Notes under the pieces: generated by a model
Seen by the model: only the letters and a program-made list of their open reading frames with translations
What the model was told of the DNA's origin: nothing
Database searches by the model: none
Made by a program: the position numbers and the translations under genes
NCBI GenBank assembly: GCA_035063585.1
Contig: JAPSGB010000013.1
Coordinates: 40,334 to 104,333 of the forward strand
Direction of reading: 5' to 3'
Origin: Polyangiaceae bacterium
GTDB lineage: Bacteria; Myxococcota_A; Polyangia; Polyangiales; Polyangiaceae
DNA: 64,000 nucleotides
Shown: positions 9,708 through 20,426 of the stretch, in pieces
How positions within the stretch are numbered: position 1 is the stretch's first letter
Layout of the letters: every line of letters begins with the position of its first letter

Positions 9708-10976
9708 TCAGGTTACATGCAGCCCGGGCGGCGGGAATCCGGCGCAGAGCTCCTTCACCTCGCCGGCCACGCGCGCCTTCAGCGCGGCGTCGCCCGGCGC
9801 GCTCACCACTCGATCCATCCACTCGGCGAGCTGCTTCATCTCGCTCGGGCCCATCCCCCGCGAGGTGATGGCGGGCGTCCCGATGCGGAGCCCCGACGGG
9901 TCGAAGGGCTTCCGCGGGTCGAAGGGGACCGAATTATAGTTTCCGACGATCCCCGCCTCGTCGAGCGCCTTCGCCGCGACCTTGCCGGGCACCGCCTTCG
10001 GCGTGAGATCCATCAGGATGAGGTGGTTGTCGGTGCCGCCCGTGACGAGGTCGAAGCCCTTGGAGAGGAGCGCCTCGGCGAGCACTCGGGCGTTCTCGAC
10101 CACGCGCTTCGCGTAGGACGCGAACTCCGGCGTGCTCGCCTCGCGCGCGGCCACCGCGATGCCCGCCGTCGTGTGGTTGTGCGGGCCACCTTGGAGCCCC
10201 GGGAACACCGCGCGATCGATCGCCTTCGCGTGCTCCTCCTTGCAGAGGATGATGCCGCCGCGCGGCCCTCGCAGCGTCTTGTGTGTGGTGCTGGTCACCA
10301 CGTCCGCGATGCCCACGGGCGACGGGTGCGCGCCGCCCGCCACCAGCCCCGCGATGTGCGCGATGTCCGCGCAGAGCTTCGCGCCGACCTCGTCGGCGAT
10401 CTCGCGAAACTTCTCGAACTCGAGCACGCGCGGGTACGCGGTCGTGCCGCACCAGATGAGCTTGGGCTTGTGTTCGCGAGCGAGCGCGCGGACCTCGGCG
10501 AAATCGATCCGATGATCGCTCCTACTTACCCCGTAGGCGTGGCTCGAGAAATACTTGCCGGTGATGCTCACGTTCCAGCCGTGCGTGAGATGCCCGCCCG
10601 AAGGGAGACCGAGCCCCATGATGGAGTCGTGCGGCTCGCAGAAGGCGAGGTAGACGGCCAGGTTCGCCGGGCTGCCGCTGTACGGCTGCACGTTGACGTG
10701 CTCGGCCCCGAAGAGCGCCTTCAACCGGCTCACCGCGAGCTCCTCGATGCGGTCGATGACCTGCTGCCCCTCGTAGTATCTCTTGCCGGCGTAGCCCTCG
10801 CTGTACTTGTTGGTGAGCACGGAGCCGGTCGCCTCGAGCACCGCGCGCGACACGTAGTTCTCGCTCGGGATGAGCCGCAGCTTGTCGCGCTCCCGCGCCT
10901 CCTCCTCGCGGACGAGCCGGGAGATCTCGGGGTCGGATTCGGACAGCGACGGATCGTGAGAGCCTTGGGTCGTCAT
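9708..10976 (-). CDS. glyA: serine hydroxymethyltransferase
   Basis: LIPSEN, NKYSEGY, GGHLTHG, TTHKTLRGPRGG, GLRIGTPA. Confidence 0.98.
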   Translation of the reverse strand: MTTQGSHDPSLSESDPEISRLVREEEARERDKLRLIPSENYVSRAVLEATGSVLTNKYSEGYAGKRYYEGQQVIDRIEELAVSRLKALFGAEHVNVQPYSGSPANLAVYLAFCEPHDSIMGLGLPSGGHLTHGWNVSITGKYFSSHAYGVSRSDHRIDFAEVRALAREHKPKLIWCGTTAYPRVLEFEKFREIADEVGAKLCADIAHIAGLVAGGAHPSPVGIADVVTSTTHKTLRGPRGGIILCKEEHAKAIDRAVFPGLQGGPHNHTTAGIAVAAREASTPEFASYAKRVVENARVLAEALLSKGFDLVTGGTDNHLILMDLTPKAVPGKVAAKALDEAGIVGNYNSVPFDPRKPFDPSGLRIGTPAITSRGMGPSEMKQLAEWMDRVVSAPGDAALKARVAGEVKELCAGFPPPGLHVT

Positions 10977-11018
10977 GGCGGGCCGAGCCTATCGCTCGAA
11001 CCAACCGATGGCGAGGGA

Positions 11019-11069
11019 TGTCGGTCCGGCGCGAAATCACGCGGCGGGTGGTCCCGCGCCGGACCGGCA
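11019..11069. repeat. REP-like inverted repeat pair (core CCGCGCCGGACCGRCA)
   Basis: tgtcggtccggcgcga (11019-11034) and ccgcgccggaccggca (11054-11069) form a hairpin in the glyA/kinase divergent spacer. Confidence 0.7.
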
Positions 11070-11147
11070 CCCCCACGCCCGCCTGAACGAATCATGACCA
11101 TCGTCACCCTTGCCGGCCTCTACCGCACGGCTAGACTCGCGCCGACG

Positions 11148-14849
<3,702 letters not shown>

Positions 14850-14912
14850 TGCTGCACTCGCCGCGTGCGCTCGAGCGCGCGATGGTCTAACCCTCGAGAG
14901 AGGAGGTTTCCG

Positions 14913-15533
14913 ATGAAGGTGACGAGCCGGTCATTTCAGAGCCAAGCCCGCATCCCCGGTCGATTCGCGCTGGGAGTCCCCGGCGACTCCGGGCCGGTGC
15001 CGGGGCCGAACCTGAGCCCGCACCTCGCGTGGTCGGAGGTCCCCGAGGGGACGCGGTCGTTCGCCATCATCTGCCACGACTCGGACGCGCCCTCGCGCGC
15101 GGATGACGTCAACCAAGCGGGACGGGTGGTTCCCTACCAGCTCGCCCGCGTCGATTTCTTCCACTGGGTGCTCGTCGACATCCCGCCGAGCACCCGCGAG
15201 CTCGCCGAGGGCGCGGACGCGGACGGGCTGGTCGCCCGCGGCAAGCCCGTCGGGCCGACCGCGCACGGCGTGCGCGGCGTGAACAGCTACACGAGCTGGT
15301 TCGCAGGTGACGCCGCCATGAGCGGTGACTACGGCGGCTACGACGGCCCCTGGCCCCCCTTCAACGACGAGCGCGTGCATCGCTACACCTTCACCGTCTA
15401 CGCGGTAGACGCCCCCTCGCTCGGGCTCTCGGGCCCGTTCACCGGCGACGACGCGCGCCGGGCGCTCGCTGGCCACGTCCTCGCCGAAGCGAGCGTCGTC
15501 GGAACCTACTCGCTCTACGCGGACGCGCGCTGA
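14913..15533 (+). CDS. YbhB/YbcL family (PEBP, Raf kinase inhibitor-like) protein
   Basis: SPHLAWS, DSDAP, FFHWVLVDIP, YDGPWPP, HRYTFTVYA; AGGAGG RBS. Confidence 0.92.
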   Translation: MKVTSRSFQSQARIPGRFALGVPGDSGPVPGPNLSPHLAWSEVPEGTRSFAIICHDSDAPSRADDVNQAGRVVPYQLARVDFFHWVLVDIPPSTRELAEGADADGLVARGKPVGPTAHGVRGVNSYTSWFAGDAAMSGDYGGYDGPWPPFNDERVHRYTFTVYAVDAPSLGLSGPFTGDDARRALAGHVLAEASVVGTYSLYADAR

Positions 15534-17551
15534 TGAAAAACCCGCTCCTGTCTCCCGGGCTCGAGCTCGCCTTCGACGAGCTCCGCGCGGAGCAGGTCGA
15601 GCCGGCGATCACGACCTTGCTCGACGAGGCGCGCGCGGCGCTCGACGTCGTCGCGCGCCAAGCGGGCCCGCGCACCTACGCGAACACGCTCGGCGCTCTC
15701 GAGGCCGCGACCGTCAAGCTCGAGGAGGCGATGAGCGTGGTCGAGCACCTCGAGAACGTCGCGACCACGCCCGCGCTCCGCGAGGCGCACAACGCCGTGC
15801 TCCCCGAGGTGAGCGCGTTCTGGTCGAGCATCCCGCTCCACGCCGGCCTCTACCGCGCGCTCGAGGAGTACGCCCGAACAAGCGACGCGGCCGGGCTCGA
15901 CCCGGTGCGCCGCCGCTTCCTCGACAAGACGCTCGACGACTTTCGCCGGCACGGGGCCGAGCTCGACGAGGCGGGCAAGGCACGCCTCGCCGCGATCGAC
16001 CTCGAGCTCTCCGAGACGACCACGCGCTTCAGCCAGAACCTGCTCGACGCGACCGCAGCATGGGAGCTCGTCATCGAGGACGAGACGATGCTCGCCGGGC
16101 TCCCGGAGTCCGCCCGCGAGCTCGCTCGCGACAGCGCGGAGCAGAAGGGCAGGCCGGGCTGGCGCTTCACGCTGCAAGCGCCGAGCGTCACCGCCGTGCT
16201 CACCTACCTCGACGATCGCGGCACGCGCGAGGCGGTCTGGCGCGCGCAGGACACCCGCGCCGCCCGCGCGCCCTTCGACAACCGCCCACTCATCACCAAG
16301 ATCCTGGAGCTTCGGCGCGAGCGCGCCCGGCTGCTCGGGTTCGCGAGCTTCGTCGATCTCGTGCTCGCCGATCGCATGGCGAAGACGGCGGCCACGGCGC
16401 GCGCCTTCGTGGAGGACCTCACCCGACGCACGCGCGCCGCCTTCGAGCGCGAGCAGGAGGAGCTCCTGTCGTTCCGGCGCGGAATCGAGGGGCCCGACGC
16501 CCCACCGCTCGAGCCCTGGGACGTCGCCTACTACGCCGAGCTCATGCGCAAGGCGAAATACGCCTTCGACGAGGAGGAGCTCCGCGCCTATTTCCCGGTG
16601 GAGGCCGCGCTCCGCGGGGCCTTCGAGACGGCCGAGCGTCTCTACGGCGTGCGAATCACTCCGAACCAGGCGGTCGCCGGGTGGGCTCCGGAGGTCCGCG
16701 GTTATCGGCTCACGGACGCGGACGGGAGCGAACTCGGGCGCTTCTTCATCGATCTATACCCGCGCGAGACGAAGACCGGCGGCGCGTGGATGCACGGCCT
16801 CGTTCCATCCGTCCCACCCGCGCCCCACCTGGCGGTCCTGGTCACCAACGCGAGCCCGCCGGCAGGCGCCAAGCCGTCGCTCCTCACTCATCGCGAGGTG
16901 GAGACGCTCTTCCACGAATTCGGGCACCTCCTGCACCACTGCCTGAGCAAGGTGACGGTGCGGAGCCTCTCCTGCACCCGGGTCGCGGGAGATTTCGTCG
17001 AGCTGCCGAGCCAGCTCATGGAGAACTGGTGCTCGGAGCAGGAGGGGCTCGCTCTCTTCGCGCGCCACTGGCAGTCGGGCGAGAAGCTCCCCGAGAGCCT
17101 GCTCGACGGCCTCAAGCGCGTCCGCACCTATCGCGCCGCGACCGCGCAGATGCGCCAGCTCGGGTTTGCGACCGTCGATCTCGCGCTCCATATGGACTAC
17201 GACTCTCGGCGCGACGGCGACGTCCTCGCCTTCGCGCGAGGCGTGCTCGAGGGATTCTCCCCGGCGCCGCTCCCCGACGATTACGCGATGATCGCTACGT
17301 TCGGTCACTTGTTCGCCTACCCGGTCGGCTACGCCGGCGGGTACTACAGCTACAAGTGGGCGGAGGTGCTCGACGCGGACGCCTTCAGCCGCTTCAAGGA
17401 GCGCGGTATCCTGAGCCGCGAGGTCGGCGCGGACTTCCGCGCACGCGTGCTCGAGTTGGGCGACAGCCGCGACCCGATGGAGCTCTTCGAGTCGTTCATG
17501 GGGCGGCCGCCCCGCGTAGAGGCCCTGCTCGAACGAGAGGGGCTCGCGTGA
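15533..17551 (+). CDS. prlC: oligopeptidase A (M3 metallopeptidase)
   Basis: MKNPLL start, GGAWM, TLFHEFGH zinc motif, VELPSQLMENW, GYYSYKWAEVLDAD. Confidence 0.95.
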   Translation: MKNPLLSPGLELAFDELRAEQVEPAITTLLDEARAALDVVARQAGPRTYANTLGALEAATVKLEEAMSVVEHLENVATTPALREAHNAVLPEVSAFWSSIPLHAGLYRALEEYARTSDAAGLDPVRRRFLDKTLDDFRRHGAELDEAGKARLAAIDLELSETTTRFSQNLLDATAAWELVIEDETMLAGLPESARELARDSAEQKGRPGWRFTLQAPSVTAVLTYLDDRGTREAVWRAQDTRAARAPFDNRPLITKILELRRERARLLGFASFVDLVLADRMAKTAATARAFVEDLTRRTRAAFEREQEELLSFRRGIEGPDAPPLEPWDVAYYAELMRKAKYAFDEEELRAYFPVEAALRGAFETAERLYGVRITPNQAVAGWAPEVRGYRLTDADGSELGRFFIDLYPRETKTGGAWMHGLVPSVPPAPHLAVLVTNASPPAGAKPSLLTHREVETLFHEFGHLLHHCLSKVTVRSLSCTRVAGDFVELPSQLMENWCSEQEGLALFARHWQSGEKLPESLLDGLKRVRTYRAATAQMRQLGFATVDLALHMDYDSRRDGDVLAFARGVLEGFSPAPLPDDYAMIATFGHLFAYPVGYAGGYYSYKWAEVLDADAFSRFKERGILSREVGADFRARVLELGDSRDPMELFESFMGRPPRVEALLEREGLA

Positions 17552-17654
17552 GCCCCGCGCGCCCGGACGGCGCGCGAGCTTCGGAGAAGACTCGGCAAAA
17601 TCCGTCATGATCTTCATCAGAGCGAGAAATCGCCAAAATGGTTAGGGGCCGCCC

Positions 17655-18599
17655 GTGACGAAACTCCGCCTGGCGACCTTGGTCGCGCTCCTCATCACGC
17701 TCGGCGTCATCCTGCTGGGCGCGTTCGTGCGCCTCTCGGACGCCGGGCTCGGCTGCCCCGACTGGCCCGGCTGCTACGGTCACTACGCAGTCCCCGCGCA
17801 CGCCGCCGACGCGGGCAAGGCGTGGAAGGAGATGGTGCATCGCTACTTCGCCGGCTCGCTCGGGCTCATCGTGTTCGGGCTCGCGGTGTGGTCGTGGAGG
17901 CGCGGCTCGCGAAGGCAGAAGCTCATCTTCGGCGCGGCCGCGGTGCTCATCGTGTTTCAGGCGGCGCTCGGCATGTGGACGGTCACGCTGCGTCTCCAAC
18001 CGCTGGTCGTGATGGGTCATCTCCTCGGGGGGATCAGCCTGGCGTCGCTCCTCTGGCTCGGCCTGCTCGAGACGCGGGCGAGCGCGGCGCCCCCGAGCTT
18101 GCGGTGGCTCGCGCCGCTCGCGCTCGCGGTGGTCGTCGCGCAAGTCGCGCTCGGCGGCTGGACGAGCTCCACCTACTCCGCGCTCGCGTGCGCGGATTTC
18201 CCGAAGTGCAACGGGAGTTGGTGGCCCGCCACGGATTTCTCCGACGCGTTCGTGCCGTGGCGTAGCCTCGACGTCAGCTTCGAGCACGGCGTGCTCGCGG
18301 GCCCCGCGCGCGTGTCGATCCAGCTCGCGCACCGCCTCGGCGCGGCCGTGGTGTTCGTCGTGGTCGGCGCCCTCGGGACGCTATCCATCGCGCGCGGGGA
18401 CCGCACCCTCCGCGCGGGCGGGATCGCGCTCATCGCGCTGCTGATGGTTCAGGTGACGCTCGGCGTCAGCAACGTGCTCTTCTTGCTCCCGATGCCGGTA
18501 GCGGTGCTGCACAACGGGGTCGCCACGCTGCTCGTCCTCGCCAGCATCCGCCAGGTCTTCATCAGCCGCGTGAGCCCGCCCGAGCCCTCGAGCTCGTGA
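17655..18599 (+). CDS. ctaA: heme A synthase (COX15/CtaA)
   Basis: GLGCPDWPGC, EMVHRY, second Cys pair ACADFPKC, AHR, LHN; about 8 TM helices. Confidence 0.92.
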   Translation: MTKLRLATLVALLITLGVILLGAFVRLSDAGLGCPDWPGCYGHYAVPAHAADAGKAWKEMVHRYFAGSLGLIVFGLAVWSWRRGSRRQKLIFGAAAVLIVFQAALGMWTVTLRLQPLVVMGHLLGGISLASLLWLGLLETRASAAPPSLRWLAPLALAVVVAQVALGGWTSSTYSALACADFPKCNGSWWPATDFSDAFVPWRSLDVSFEHGVLAGPARVSIQLAHRLGAAVVFVVVGALGTLSIARGDRTLRAGGIALIALLMVQVTLGVSNVLFLLPMPVAVLHNGVATLLVLASIRQVFISRVSPPEPSSS

Positions 18600-18644
18600 G
18601 CTCCCGAGGAGCCGCCGCGCGCCGTCGGTGGTAAGAGGGCGGCC

Positions 18645-19919
18645 ATGACGGATCCGATCTCTCTCGGGCTCTTCGAGCGCGCCCGCACGCTCATGCCAGG
18701 CGGAGTCAATAGCCCCGTGCGCGCCTTCAAGGCGGTGGGCGGATACCCGGTGTTCATCGAGCGCGCCCGCGGGTCGCACGTCTTCGGCGCCGACGGCACC
18801 GACTACATCGACTACGTCGGCTCCTGGGGCCCGGCCATCCTTGGTCACGCGCACCCCGAGGTCGTCGCCGCCGTGCAGCGCGCCGCCGAGCGCGGGCTCT
18901 CCTTCGGCGCGCCCACCGAGCTCGAGGTCCGCTTCGCCGAGGCCATCCGCGAGCGCTACCCCTCGATCGAAATGTTGCGCTGCGTCTCGAGCGGCACCGA
19001 GGCGACCATGAGCGCGCTCCGAGTCGCCCGCGGGCACACGAAGCGCGACGTCATCGTGAAGTTCGACGGCGCGTACCACGGTCATCACGACGCGCTCCTC
19101 GTAAAGGCCGGCAGCGGCGCGGCGACCTTCGGCGCCCCCGACAGCGCCGGCATCCCGCGGGGCATGGTGGAGACCACCGCGACGCTCCCCTACAACGACA
19201 TCGCGGCGCTCGAGGCGTTCTTCGACCAAGAGGGCGCGCGCATCGCCGCGGTGATCGTCGAGCCGGTGGCCGGCAACATGGGCTGCGTGCCACCCGAGCC
19301 AGGCTTCCTCCAGTGCATCGTCGACGCCTGCTCCCGGCACGGCGCCGTCTCGATCTTCGACGAGGTCATGACTGGCTTTCGCGTCGCGGCCGGCGGCGCG
19401 CAAGGCCGTTACGGCGTCTCCCCGGATCTCACCTGCCTCGGCAAGATCGCCGGCGGCGGTCTCCCGCTCGCGGTCTATGGCGGCCGCGCGGCGCTCATGA
19501 AGCACGTCGCGCCCTTGGGCGGCGTCTATCAGGCCGGAACCCTCAGCGGGAACCCGCTCGCCACCAGCGCGGGGCTCGCGACGCTCGAGCGGCTCGATGG
19601 AGCCGTCTACGAGACGCTCGAGGCGCGCGGCGCGCAGCTCGAGGCCGGGCTCGCGAACGCGCTCCGCGAGCGCGGCGTAGGAGGAGTGGTCCAGCGCGTC
19701 GGCTCGATGCTGACGCTCTTCTTCCACGACGGCCCGGTGCGCTCGTGGAGGGAGGCGAGCGCCTCGGACACCGCCCGCTTCGCGACCTGGCATGCGGGGC
19801 TCCTGTCACGCGGCGTATACTGGCCGCCCTCACAGTACGAGGCCGCGTTCATCTCGGCGGAGCACACGGAGGACGAACTCGAGCGCACCATCCGCGCTGC
19901 GCGCGACGCGCTCGGCTGA
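18645..19919 (+). CDS. hemL: glutamate-1-semialdehyde 2,1-aminomutase
   Basis: PGGVNSPVRAF, SGTEATM, FDEVMTGFR, LGKIAGGG, YQAGTLSGNP. Confidence 0.98.
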   Translation: MTDPISLGLFERARTLMPGGVNSPVRAFKAVGGYPVFIERARGSHVFGADGTDYIDYVGSWGPAILGHAHPEVVAAVQRAAERGLSFGAPTELEVRFAEAIRERYPSIEMLRCVSSGTEATMSALRVARGHTKRDVIVKFDGAYHGHHDALLVKAGSGAATFGAPDSAGIPRGMVETTATLPYNDIAALEAFFDQEGARIAAVIVEPVAGNMGCVPPEPGFLQCIVDACSRHGAVSIFDEVMTGFRVAAGGAQGRYGVSPDLTCLGKIAGGGLPLAVYGGRAALMKHVAPLGGVYQAGTLSGNPLATSAGLATLERLDGAVYETLEARGAQLEAGLANALRERGVGGVVQRVGSMLTLFFHDGPVRSWREASASDTARFATWHAGLLSRGVYWPPSQYEAAFISAEHTEDELERTIRAARDALG

Positions 19920-19984
19920 GCAGCGATCGCGACCGCCTCCCTCCGTGCCCCCCCGCGCTCTGGCGAACTCCCGGAGGCGCGCCG

Positions 19985-20278
19985 CTACCAGGAGCCGTGG
20001 CTGCCGTGCGAGCCGTGGCTGCCGTGCGAGCCGTGGCTGCCGTGCGAGCCGTGGCTGCCGTGCGAGCCGTGGCTGCCGTGCGAGCCGTGGCTGCCGTGCG
20101 AGCCGTGCGAGCAGTGCTGCGCCGGGATGACGCCGCCGCTGTCGTCACCGAACCCGGGCGCCTGGTCGCAGTTGTCTCGGGCCTTGTCGATGACGGCGTC
20201 CTCCGACTTGCTCAACATGCCGCGAGCCGAGCGAGAGAACGAGGGCAGCTTGCCTGGTCCGGTGCTTTTGGACGCCAC
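19985..20278 (-). CDS. His-Xaa-Ser repeat peptide (HxsA-like putative RiPP precursor)
   Basis: 97 aa: ~53-aa leader then QHCS(HGS)13W*; GC3-biased codons in the non-repeat part; extended -10 6 nt before GTG; alternative ATG at 20218. Confidence 0.8.
   Translation of the reverse strand: MASKSTGPGKLPSFSRSARGMLSKSEDAVIDKARDNCDQAPGFGDDSGGVIPAQHCSHGSHGSHGSHGSHGSHGSHGSHGSHGSHGSHGSHGSHGSW
19991..20107 (-). repeat. coding tandem repeat, 13 x 9 bp (18-bp higher-order unit)
   Basis: Plus strand (gctgccgtgcgagccgtg)n encodes HGS with alternating AGC/TCG Ser codons on the minus strand. Confidence 0.95.
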
Positions 20279-20284
20279 GGCTCG

Positions 20285-20293
20285 AGTCTAACA
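20285..20293 (-). promoter_or_regulatory. extended -10 element (TGnTAGACT) for leaderless transcription of the His-Xaa-Ser gene
   Basis: Minus strand reads TGT TAGACT cgagcc GTG; no SD sequence. Confidence 0.6.
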
Positions 20294-20426
20294 GAAAACC
20301 CCCGCGACCGCGATTCGGTCTGGCTGACGCGGCGGGCGAGCCCGGGGAGCGCGGCCGCTTCGCCCGCGCTCATGCGCCCCGGGCGCTCGGGCGAACCTGG
20401 AATAATCCCCGGGATTTCGGCGAGCT

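Noticed and set aside
10977..11100. Riboswitch upstream of glyA
   Set aside because: A -10 element lies 9 nt before the ATG, leaving no leader; the hairpin present is the REP-like repeat pair
9717..11147. N-terminal 477 aa of the 1710-aa ORF
   Set aside because: Mostly the antisense shadow of glyA; the real kinase most likely starts at 11148
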